64,000 bases of DNA from Naegleria gruberi (Eukaryota), in the NCBI GenBank assembly GCA_000004985.1, contig GG738916.1. The stretch is one strand, 5' to 3'. This document shows positions 44,239 through 53,164 of this stretch, piece by piece. Made by a program: the position numbers and the translations under genes. How positions within the stretch are numbered: the stretch's first letter is position 1; every line of letters starts with the position of its first letter. The notes below the pieces were generated by a model, which was not told where the DNA came from, searched no databases, and saw only the letters and a list, made by a program, of their open reading frames with translations.

Positions 44239-44451
44239 TTCTTGATATCTATCATAAAATGTTGTTAATCAATAAGCTAATGGAGGTAGCATATTACTGT
44301 TCCAAGTTTTTTTAATAAATGTCACTTAATCCACAATAAATTGCAATTTTAATTCTATTATTTTCACTTCACATTCAATTAATTCAAGAATTTCAAACTT
44401 AATTTACAAAAAAATGTTTTAAAGTGAAAAAGCAAAACCGAGCACAACATT

Positions 44452-46812
44452 ATGGGAGTAAATACGAAAAGCAATACACTGCTTACACTTGTTTCCAAGT
44501 GGGCAGTCTCCAATTCCATTATTATTCCTACCAACAACAATTCTGCATTGGAAAATCATCACAATGTGCAACAATCAACAAGCCTTTTAGATTTGCTTCC
44601 GATGAGAGTAATTGAAGAATTACTATCCTATCAATCGGCCTCTTCATTGGAACATTACTATTCTCTTTATTCTTCATCAAACTCTTCATCATCAAATGTA
44701 TTGATGAATAATAATTATAATATTAATTTGAATAATAGGAAATTAATGCAAAGGATTGTGGATCAATGTTTTGCAAGATTAATCGGAATTCAATTTGGAG
44801 AACCTCTAATTTACTCTAAATTGCAGACAAAACAAGGACAGTTACTGAAGGAAGGTGAGGAATTGGGATTATCATCACTCGAAGACTTGGATGATGAAGG
44901 TTATCATATAACAAGCTATTTTGAAAGTTATTTGCAAAAGTGTTTGGTGAATGTGTTATCGGAGAGACAAATTATTGAATTTGTCAAGATGAGTGATGAA
45001 GAGAATGAAAAAGTGAATGAAGATTGTGTTGTTTATAAGGAATTTCTCGATTTACCAATTGCAGATTCTGTTCTTAATCTTGCATTTTCGGAATTTGATG
45101 AGAACAATGAAATATTTCACTACTCAAAACGTATTTTCAATACGATTGGACAAGCTGTTTCTAAATTTGCTAAATATTCGAAAAAAATATCAGTTCCAAA
45201 GACTCTCTTGAAATATTTGGATGAAAGTTGTTCGATTGAGGAGTTTTTTAGCAATTTTACTCATGTTCATGAAATATCCTTCAGAGATATGAGAGATTCA
45301 GATGTTCAAAATATTATTCATATTCTCAAGCAGTGTAATAATGTAGAATCACTTTCATTTTATCATACATTTTTCACAGAGTCCAATCTTGCAATGGTTT
45401 TAGATATTTACTCAGACGCCATCTATGTGCCTCCAACAGATTATTCAGTCTATTTTAGTGATGATATCATGGAAAAGAAACCAATAGAACCAGCAAATGC
45501 CATGGTATATGATGAATTTGATTTTTATAGTGACATTCTGTCTCCTTCAGTCCCAATCGAAACAACATTGGAATCCAATAAGAAAAGAGAAAATAATAAC
45601 TTGTTTATAGAAGACGAGCTTGATTCCAAAAAGAGAAAAACAGATCCACCCAAACTCAAGAAACTCTCATTCAGATCGATATCTCTGTATCACTCATCCT
45701 GTAAATCAATTAGAGAAATATTGGAATATAACTCAACAGATATGCATGGAGTGGAGCTGAATTTTTCCTTCAATGAAATGAGTTCAGTAATGGCCAATGA
45801 GATGCTCTCAGGAGAATCCATAAGAAATATAACAAGATTAATACTCACAGAAAACAATGTAGAAAATGACTTTCTCATTCACCTCTCATCTCAAAAAGAC
45901 TTTTTCAAAAGTATCAAACATCTAGATTTGAGTAATAATAACTTTGTTGGAACTATTGGAGTGAATGCATTATTCACAGCATTGAATAACTATTCTTCAG
46001 GTATTTCTTTGGAACATTTGAATATTAGTCACAACAAACTCGGGGGAACAGACCTCCTCAATGACAATTATCGAATTGTACACCAAAATGAATTTAGCAA
46101 ATTGATAGAATACTTGAATGGGCCTAATTGCAACTTGAAAGAACTTTTGATCTCAAATTGTGATTTAACCCAAACAATGGTCGAATCACTCCTACTTGCT
46201 GTGGCCAATAATTCATCCCTAACCACATTGGACATTTCCAATACTCATTCCCTCCGTTTGTGTGGTTCTTCTCTGTCTCTAATGATCACCTCCAACAGCC
46301 CCCTGAAGAAAATGTCCATATCCACATGCTCCCTCAATGAAATTTCAGATTCTCTCTTTAATTCTCTCCTCTCCAATACCTCTCTTAGATATTTAGATTT
46401 GAGTGGAAATCGTTTCAAAGAATATGGTGGGAAGAACATTCTGACCTATCTCAGAACCAAAATTGATCAGCAACTCACAGAAAAACGAAACAAACATCAA
46501 CCATTCCATTTGAATACTCTCGATTTATCCTCCAATACTCTAACAGAACAATTTTGTCTCCAATTGACCCAACTCTTTGCCTCTCACTCCACGGATACAA
46601 CTGAACTATTGGACAAACACTATCTTCAAGCTAATGGATTACCTCTCATTGACATTCTCCAATTGGAAAACAACTTTTTCTCTCCTCATCTCACTCTGAG
46701 ATTAAAACAAGCAGCTCTCGACAGTTTCATTGTGAATCGAATTGTTCTCACCAATGAAGATGGATCCTCTGAGGTATTTTCTAATGTTTGTGATGGAACC
46801 ACTCTCACTTGA
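44452..46812 (+). CDS. Leucine-rich-repeat (RNI-like) protein with N-terminal F-box-like segment
   Basis: 786-aa ORF. LLDLLPMRVIEELLSYQSASSL is near the N-terminus. RNI-type LRRs are present (LKHLDLSNNNF, LEHLNISHNKLG, LKELLISNCDL, LTTLDISNT, LRYLDLSGNRF, LNTLDLSSNTL). Confidence 0.55.
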   Translation: MGVNTKSNTLLTLVSKWAVSNSIIIPTNNNSALENHHNVQQSTSLLDLLPMRVIEELLSYQSASSLEHYYSLYSSSNSSSSNVLMNNNYNINLNNRKLMQRIVDQCFARLIGIQFGEPLIYSKLQTKQGQLLKEGEELGLSSLEDLDDEGYHITSYFESYLQKCLVNVLSERQIIEFVKMSDEENEKVNEDCVVYKEFLDLPIADSVLNLAFSEFDENNEIFHYSKRIFNTIGQAVSKFAKYSKKISVPKTLLKYLDESCSIEEFFSNFTHVHEISFRDMRDSDVQNIIHILKQCNNVESLSFYHTFFTESNLAMVLDIYSDAIYVPPTDYSVYFSDDIMEKKPIEPANAMVYDEFDFYSDILSPSVPIETTLESNKKRENNNLFIEDELDSKKRKTDPPKLKKLSFRSISLYHSSCKSIREILEYNSTDMHGVELNFSFNEMSSVMANEMLSGESIRNITRLILTENNVENDFLIHLSSQKDFFKSIKHLDLSNNNFVGTIGVNALFTALNNYSSGISLEHLNISHNKLGGTDLLNDNYRIVHQNEFSKLIEYLNGPNCNLKELLISNCDLTQTMVESLLLAVANNSSLTTLDISNTHSLRLCGSSLSLMITSNSPLKKMSISTCSLNEISDSLFNSLLSNTSLRYLDLSGNRFKEYGGKNILTYLRTKIDQQLTEKRNKHQPFHLNTLDLSSNTLTEQFCLQLTQLFASHSTDTTELLDKHYLQANGLPLIDILQLENNFFSPHLTLRLKQAALDSFIVNRIVLTNEDGSSEVFSNVCDGTTLT

Positions 46813-46996
46813 TTGCTGAAAGGGTTGTTGTTTCATTTAAAAAATTCGTTCCTTATTCTTCGGATCGGAATATTGTTTTTGATAACTAGAGAAAACAATC
46901 TGTAGTTTGCTGTAACGGTTTGGTTTGGTTTGGCGCCAAAAACAACTGTAAGAAAATTCCCTCCAAATTGCAACAGAAATCAAAAAAAAAGAAAAT

Positions 46997-48499
46997 ATGA
47001 GTACAATCAGCAAGGGCTCAAAGGCCTCAACAACATCACAAAAGAAGGACAAACTGAAGGCTCTTCTCTGTGATAAAGTAATTGAATTGGTTAAAAAAGG
47101 AGGCAGTGCTCAAATACCTGCCGAAGCATTGAGTTTGATCAGTAGGGATGTAGATGGTCTTATGAAGGAAGGAAAAGGTAGCGAAGCTGACTTGAAGGTT
47201 ATTGCCAACAAGGTAAAAGGAATGCTATCAAAAGCATCTTCAACAGCATCCTCTAGACATTCTATTCCTCCTCTCGATACACACAGTGTAGCTTCTAAAA
47301 AGAGTTCAAGCTCTCACCAAAGCGAAAGATCCGAAATTGCAAGAAGTACCACTTCTAACCAACAACAAGAAACAGAAGAAGAACCTGCTTATGCTATTGG
47401 AACTTTGGGTGGATTATTCGGAGGTGGTATCAAAAAGACTGCCAAACCAAACAAGCCACCAAGTGGTGATGACATTTGGGCTGCCATTGCAGTTAAGGAC
47501 ACTGAGGAATATCACAATGAACAACATCAAGAGTACGTACGTCAAAAACAAAAGCAAGCAGAGTTGAGAGAAACATTGCAAAAGCAAAAGGAAGAAAACC
47601 ACCGTCAAGAAGAAATCAAGATTAAGAAGGAACAAAAATACATTGAAGAGCAAAAAGCAAGAGCTCAACGAGAAGCAGAAGAAGAAAAGAAGAGAGAAGA
47701 GGAGAGAAGATTGAGAATATTGGAAGAAAAGAGAGTAAGAGATCAACAATTAGAGCAATCCAAGATTAGAAAACAAATGATCGATCAAAAGAAGAAGGAA
47801 GAAGAAGAAGAACTTGTCAACAAACTTAAGAAACAAATCAATAAGGAAAAGGAGAAGGAAGTCCAAACTAGGGAAAGCAACAAGAAGGAACTTTCTTCAT
47901 TTTTGGCTTACAACGAAACCATTAAACAAAGAAAAGAAGAAGAAGCTAAGAAGGAAATTGAAGAAGACTTGAAATCGTTCAAGCTCTTTGAAGAAAAGCA
48001 ACGTCAACAAGAATTAAGAAGAGAGATGGAAATGAAGAAAATGTACGAAAGACAAAGTTTATCAATTGCTCTCTCTAACAAGTTAGAAGCCAATTTGGAT
48101 GAAAAAGCTAAGGAAGACGAAATTAAGGCAGATAGAATTCATTCTGAAATGGAAATGAAAAAGGAGAATGAAGACAAGAAGAAGAGGGATCGTTTACAAA
48201 AACAAAAGGAAGAAATGATGGATACATTGGCCAGACAAATTCAAGGCAAGTTTGATAATAGAAAGGAAGTTTTAATGGAAGAACAGAGACGTAAGGAACA
48301 AATTGAAGAAGATTTAAGAAAGGCAGAACAAGAAGAACTGGATAGAAAGAGAAGATTTAAAGAAGGTTTGAAGAATCAACGTGAATCTTTATCTGAACAA
48401 GTTAAAGAAAAGCAACACGTAACCATGAAACAAAGTGGTATGTCAGATATTGAAATGAAGCTCAATGCTGATAGACTGAAAAAGATTAACATGTTGTAA
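46997..48499 (+). CDS. Coiled-coil protein, E/K/R/Q-rich (trichohyalin/plectin-like repeats)
   Basis: 500-aa ORF. About 350 aa of heptad-like charged repeats (EEQKARAQREAEEEKKREEERRLRILEEKR...) follow a Ser-rich N-terminus. Confidence 0.55.
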   Translation: MSTISKGSKASTTSQKKDKLKALLCDKVIELVKKGGSAQIPAEALSLISRDVDGLMKEGKGSEADLKVIANKVKGMLSKASSTASSRHSIPPLDTHSVASKKSSSSHQSERSEIARSTTSNQQQETEEEPAYAIGTLGGLFGGGIKKTAKPNKPPSGDDIWAAIAVKDTEEYHNEQHQEYVRQKQKQAELRETLQKQKEENHRQEEIKIKKEQKYIEEQKARAQREAEEEKKREEERRLRILEEKRVRDQQLEQSKIRKQMIDQKKKEEEEELVNKLKKQINKEKEKEVQTRESNKKELSSFLAYNETIKQRKEEEAKKEIEEDLKSFKLFEEKQRQQELRREMEMKKMYERQSLSIALSNKLEANLDEKAKEDEIKADRIHSEMEMKKENEDKKKRDRLQKQKEEMMDTLARQIQGKFDNRKEVLMEEQRRKEQIEEDLRKAEQEELDRKRRFKEGLKNQRESLSEQVKEKQHVTMKQSGMSDIEMKLNADRLKKINML

Positions 48500-48554
48500 A
48501 TTTCTTGGATATTCGAATAGAATAATCAAACAAATTGTACATAAAACCTAGAGT

Positions 48555-49259
48555 TTAATTTAAACTACCTAAGTAGTCTTCCTTGATGGTACCTACTGCG
48601 AACAATCCTGTTGGTTCGACTTTCATACCCATAATCTTTAATCTTACATCCTTTTCTTCCATGATGGAAACCTGATGATTGAATTGATGAAAATTAAATT
48701 GAATAATTATTCAAAGTTCAAATTGATGATGAAGATTCGTGATGAAAATTTAGGTATTGTTGTTGCATGTTAAAAGATTGAATTGTTGTGAAAATACATA
48801 CTTGAGCTTCTTCCGAAATAAATCTTGGAGGAGTATGATGGCCATCATACTTCATATCATCTGGAACAGCATGACTACTAACAAAAACATTCAATGGACC
48901 TAGATAATCAATGAATTATATGTCACACAACCACTGCAATACTTACCAACACTTGCAAAAAATCCAACTGGTGTTACTTTATATACAACAGCATCACAAA
49001 CTTCTCCTTTGAAAGGCTTGAATACTATAGCTTTATAATTAATAGGGAATGTAGCATATCCTGATGATTCTCCAATTTTACCTTGTCCAATTTTTGTGAT
49101 TTCTGTAACAGAAACAATATATCCATCTCTTCCTGTACATTGTCCTTCAACGTCGTTTTGAAGACGAGCACGAAGTGTACGAGTAAGATCAGGACCAAAG
49201 AATTTAGGATGCAAACGAATATTCTTGTCCAAATCCACCTTTTTTAATAAAATCCGCAT
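48555..49259 (-). CDS. RPB7: DNA-directed RNA polymerase II subunit Rpb7 (3 exons)
   Basis: Exons (minus strand) are 48947..49259, 48802..48899 and 48555..48671. Introns are about 48900..48946 (GTAAGT..TAG) and 48672..48801 (GTATGT..CAG). The product MRILLKKVDLDKNIRLHPKFFGPDL...VEGQCTGRDGYIV...YKAIVFKPFKGEVCDAVV...GPLNVFVSSHAVPDDMKYD...VRLKIMGMKVEPTGLFAVGTIKEDYLGSLN aligns end-to-end with Rpb7. Confidence 0.85.
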
Positions 49260-49617
49260 TGATCATTATATTCATCAACAATAATTATATTGATCACATT
49301 GTCATCATGATGAAAATACACAATAATTGATTTCAATACAAATCGACTCTCCCAACAATACCTACCAAGAAGAACATTTTTTTGTTTGTGTTTTCCGTTA
49401 AAAATAAATTTGCTTGCTTTTTTACTTCACAAATTTCATCCTCTTTGTGTGATGGTAAATGTATGAAGTTGAAAAATTAAAATCTTCATTCTCTGATCAT
49501 GATGATGTGATGATGCGAAGGGTTGATGTATTTTCATCGAACAGCAGGCGGTGATGACCTTATTTTCTATATAGTACTCCAATCAATTTTGAAAATAAAA
49601 ATAATTTTATTTAAAAA

Positions 49618-49794
49618 ATGGCAAAGAAGAAGGCAAAGACTATCCTCATCAAACTCGTTTCCAGTGCTAAAACTGGCTTTTTCTACACTACCAACAAGAA
49701 TACACAAAACATTCAAAGAAAATTGGCTTTCAGGAAATACGACCCAATTGTTGATAGACACGTTTTGTTCACTGAAGCTAAGGTTAAGAAGTAA
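49618..49794 (+). CDS. Mitochondrial ribosomal protein bL33 (58 aa; below ORF-track cutoff)
   Basis: MAKKKAKTILIKLVSSAKTGFFYTTNKNTQNIQRKLAFRKYDPIVDRHVLFTEAKVKK matches bacterial L33 (MAKG.R.KI.LVSSAGTGHFYTT.KNKR....KLELRKFDPVVR.HVIYKEAKIK). AAAAAATG start context. Confidence 0.8.
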   Translation: MAKKKAKTILIKLVSSAKTGFFYTTNKNTQNIQRKLAFRKYDPIVDRHVLFTEAKVKK

Positions 49795-49950
49795 ATTTTT
49801 GGATTCCGCATTATCACCCGATAGTAATATCACTTTCTAGTTCCTTCCGAATAATTATTTAAAATTAACGATAAAAACTCTATAAAAACTCTTTAAAGGA
49901 TATTTAATGTTTCTAATTGAATAGAATCATTTGGAAAATATACAAGAAAA

Positions 49951-50452
49951 TCATTAGTTATTCATTAACAACATTTTATGATAGATATCAAGAAGCGTCG
50001 ATGGTTTAGTGGTAGAATACGGCGTTGCCATCGCCGTGAATAGGGTTCAATTCCCGGTCGACGCATAAATTATTTTCCATTTCAACATTCTTTCATTTTC
50101 TCTTTTTCAACTTTATACCACTAAAACTAGACATTTATTACTATCTCTACTCCAAAAATCACATCTTTAAAATCAATATTCATCGAGAAAGAAACCTCGG
50201 TTTTTACCCCATTTTTTCTTTCATTTTATTAAAAGATAAATTTGGTGAACTTTGTAAAACTCAAAAAAAATGTCTGAAATCGATAAACAACCAAACCTTC
50301 AATCAAAAACTTCTACCCATCCTCTTTTTGCATTCCTTCGTGATTATTCCATCATAGGTGGTGCTCATCTCTGCTCTGTAACTTTCACTGCTCCTCTACA
50401 TAGAGCAATAGATGTTATTACAAATTTCGAGAAAGATCACAATATTCTGGAA
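49951..50452. repeat. Right arm of about 500-bp inverted repeat (carries variant tRNA-Gly and promoter/exon 1 of carrier gene)
   Basis: Reverse complement of 43772..44283. Confidence 0.85.
49995..50065 (+). tRNA. tRNA-Gly (GCC), variant/possibly impaired copy
   Basis: Identical to the 44168..44238 copy except the T-stem 5' strand. ATAGG replaces CCGGG (GTGAATAGGGTTCAATTCCCGG), weakening 2 of 5 T-stem pairs. Confidence 0.75.
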
Positions 50453-51063
50453 TAATCAATTGTATTACTGAGGTTGTAAAGAACGAAGGTATTTCGTTTC
50501 TGTGGAGAGGAAACGTTACATATTGTTTCAGAGAGGTGACAGTTGTTGCCTTAAATTTTTCTTTGCATGAGTCATTTAAGAAAATGCTTCCTCAATATTC
50601 TCCAGTCACTAATCAACTAGAATACTTATCTGGTAGTTTGGCAGGTCTTTCCACATTATCATTCCAATATCCATATGATTACATTTTTACTAAGGAATTT
50701 CATTATTTAAAACCAGGATTCAGAGCTTGTTTTAATGGCCTCTCAGATGTTGCACCCATTTCCATATTATATCGCGGTTTATATTTTGGTCTTTTTGATA
50801 TTTGGAAGGAAATGAGAAGAGACCACTACTCATTAACAAAGAAAGTGGTAGTAGCCCAAGGAGTTTCCATTATTTCTGGAGTTTCTGTTCGTCCTTTTCG
50901 ATTGGCTACAGATCGAGCATTAGGATATGATAGAATTCAAAAGAAATTCTACAAAGGAACTTTTAGAGAATTATGGAAGATTCGAAATGAACAAGGAGTG
51001 AAAGGTTTATTTAAGGGTGTAATGAGTGGATATCACACCTGCCTGTACTTTGATTCTGTTTGA
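50270..51063 (+). pseudogene. Divergent ADP/ATP-carrier-like mitochondrial carrier family gene, frame-disrupted by a 10-bp deletion near 50426 (or assembly error)
   Basis: Frame A 50270..50455 encodes FLRDYSIIGGAHLCSVTFTAPLHRAIDVITNFEKDHNILE*. Frame +2 from about 50437 encodes YSGIINCITEVVKNEGISFLWRGNVTYCFREVTVVALNF...YPYDYIF...GLFKGVMSGYHTCLYFDSV (compare AAC [39 protein letters not shown]). There is no GT..AG intron between the frames. Inserting the 10 nt found in the inverted left copy restores one continuous frame. The PX[DE]XX[KR] signatures are degenerate. Confidence 0.6.
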
Positions 51064-51208
51064 TGAAATACATGGATTACTTTTGGATTAGTTCAATAAA
51101 CTTTTCACAGTGTCATCATCACATCCATGGTCAGATATTTGAATGTCTGAAATATACTGATCAGTTAACAATGTATTAAAACACACGTTTTTAAATGAAC
51201 CAATGAAG

Positions 51209-53164
51209 CTATTTATTAGAATTCAATGAATGGTATTCAACTCTCTTACTAGCGAGAGGTTTATCAGTGCTATCAACATCATCATTTGTGAGAAACACTG
51301 GAACAATCTTGTCCATTAATGTATGTCTTTGAATGGAACAATAGACAGATAAGAGTTTCTCCTTATTCATATATTCAGAAATTGTTTCCACAGGTTCAAC
51401 ATCAGATGAAGTTTGACTATTCCTATAGATGGAGACCAATGTATCACAATACTTTTCAATTCTTTCCTTATCTACAATACAAGATTTGTGTAATAACCAT
51501 GAGCTAGCGCCAAATCTTGCTCCTAACATGTAACCACTAATGGCTGCAACAGTATCTGTATCATAACCATTCGAAATGATTGAATAGAGAAGTAATTCAG
51601 GGAATGGAATATTTGGCAATGCCAATTTCAAATGGTAAGCTTTGGAAGGATGAGCTGCCAAAATAATTCTAGGATTTTCTGGCATTACCGAAGCAACCAA
51701 ACAATGAATACCTCCCAAGAGACAGAATCCTTGATTGACATTTGCTTTCATGGCCTTCTTCTTGACACTCTTTGCTAGTTCAGAAATCTTTTCTCTGCAA
51801 TTCTTGAGCAATAATTCACTTTCTCTATTTTCCTTAATAAATTCAAATACTTGTTCCAAAATATTTGAAACATTGTGAATCGATTGATTCATTGGTTCAT
51901 AAATTTGGAATTGATTCTCAACCCGATCTCCCTTCTTCAATTCAGGGCAATAACTTCTCTGGAGCCACAATTTTTCATGTTTCTGAACAATGAGTGGAAG
52001 ATTATCCAAGATCCAATCAATGGTTTCTTGGCTATTACCATCTTGAATGAATTTGTAAGCAATTACATTGGATGCAAATGTCACTGATGAGCTTTCAATA
52101 GTTGAGTGAGTTGTCAAACATTGCGCATATGAGAAATTTGACAGAATGTCAATATACTTGTCATTAGTAGTAGAAGACTCGATAGAGGCATTCAATTTCT
52201 CCAATAATTCCAATTTTCTCTTTTCCTTTCTTGATAATATTTCTGAACTTTGCTTAACTTCGAATAAATTATTAGATTCCCTTCTTTCAATTCCAAGAAC
52301 TTTTTGTAAAGCAAAACATGTTGGAGCAACACAACATCTCATCATTCCACCAATTCCAGTAGTTTTAGACCCACTTTCATAGCAAGATTTGTTCTGGTTG
52401 ACTATTTTCTTCAATGCCCTCGAAGTATTGGATCCAAATTGTCTGAAAGCTTGAGAATTCTTTGCAACTAATTCGTCACCAAGTTTACAATCACCTTTCG
52501 TAAATCCTTCATAGAGCCATTTTCTCCAATAACTTAGAAATTCGGTAATATTCTCATGATCTTTCGAATATTTTACAAATTCAAGGATGGAATTGATCAG
52601 TGCGAAACCTTGTTGAGTATCGTCTGAGTGAATACCAACTGGACGAATGTGTCTCAGAAATAGCTCAGTACCACTTTCCTTTCTTTTCACACCGACAACC
52701 TTTTTGGCATTTTGCAGATGGGAGAAATCTTTAGAATCCATCAATTCCTTGCTTGGGAATCCTTTCTTTACGATTAGTCCAAAATCGAATAGTAAAAATT
52801 CCTTATCACCATAAAACTTTCGTATTTCACCTGATTTCCATCCTTCAATAGGACACCCAGCTACATCACCATAAACTTGACCCCAAATCGAACCAACCAA
52901 TCGATCAAGAATTTCATCCTTTTCGTCTCCATTCGAATATCTTTCGGAAGATGAATTTCCCTGCGTAGGACCATTCGTTTTCAACACTTGATCAACATAA
53001 TTCTGTATCACATCAGCATTGTAGAGAATTCTATTTTCAAATGATGAACTTTCGTCCTCCTCTTCACATTCTTGATTTTCTTCTAGATTATTTTCTTCTT
53101 GATTTTCCTGATCATCGTTGAATTTAATTTCTTCTCTGTCTTTCAGTTCTTGTTGTGAAATCAT
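51209..53164 (-). CDS. ADP-ribosylglycohydrolase (ARH) family protein with acidic N-terminal extension
   Basis: 651-aa ORF. VGSIWGQVYGDVAGCPIEGW, GIHSDDTQQGFAL and GIGGMMRCCVAPTCFAL correspond to the conserved ARH GDALG/TDDT/GNGAAMR blocks. N-terminal about 45 aa are E/D/N-rich. Confidence 0.6.
   Translation of the reverse strand: MISQQELKDREEIKFNDDQENQEENNLEENQECEEEDESSSFENRILYNADVIQNYVDQVLKTNGPTQGNSSSERYSNGDEKDEILDRLVGSIWGQVYGDVAGCPIEGWKSGEIRKFYGDKEFLLFDFGLIVKKGFPSKELMDSKDFSHLQNAKKVVGVKRKESGTELFLRHIRPVGIHSDDTQQGFALINSILEFVKYSKDHENITEFLSYWRKWLYEGFTKGDCKLGDELVAKNSQAFRQFGSNTSRALKKIVNQNKSCYESGSKTTGIGGMMRCCVAPTCFALQKVLGIERRESNNLFEVKQSSEILSRKEKRKLELLEKLNASIESSTTNDKYIDILSNFSYAQCLTTHSTIESSSVTFASNVIAYKFIQDGNSQETIDWILDNLPLIVQKHEKLWLQRSYCPELKKGDRVENQFQIYEPMNQSIHNVSNILEQVFEFIKENRESELLLKNCREKISELAKSVKKKAMKANVNQGFCLLGGIHCLVASVMPENPRIILAAHPSKAYHLKLALPNIPFPELLLYSIISNGYDTDTVAAISGYMLGARFGASSWLLHKSCIVDKERIEKYCDTLVSIYRNSQTSSDVEPVETISEYMNKEKLLSVYCSIQRHTLMDKIVPVFLTNDDVDSTDKPLASKRVEYHSLNSNK

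Larger units (their letters stand above)
43772..44283. repeat. Left arm of about 500-bp inverted repeat (carries tRNA-Gly and a decayed copy of the carrier-gene promoter/exon 1)
   Basis: Reverse complement of 49951..50452 at roughly 93-95% identity. Differences include a 10-nt segment (caacacatat) present only here and two 1-nt deletions relative to the right arm. Confidence 0.85.

Noticed and set aside
49523-49840. ORFs 49523..49840 (+) and 49567..49833 (-)
   Set aside because: They overlap the clearly homologous 58-codon bL33 gene (49618..49794) in other frames. They have no homology or sensible start context.
27882-50065. Retrotransposon (TRE/DIRS-type) insertion next to the three tRNA genes
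   Set aside because: I scanned 1-2 kb on both sides of each tRNA for RT, integrase or gag-like ORFs and for LTR-like direct repeats. Only ordinary host genes and the inverted duplication were found.
50404-50460. An unusually short intron or programmed frameshift rescuing the mitochondrial-carrier gene
   Set aside because: No GT..AG pair with plausible spacing exists between the two frames. The inverted duplicate shows that a simple 10-nt indel accounts for the shift.
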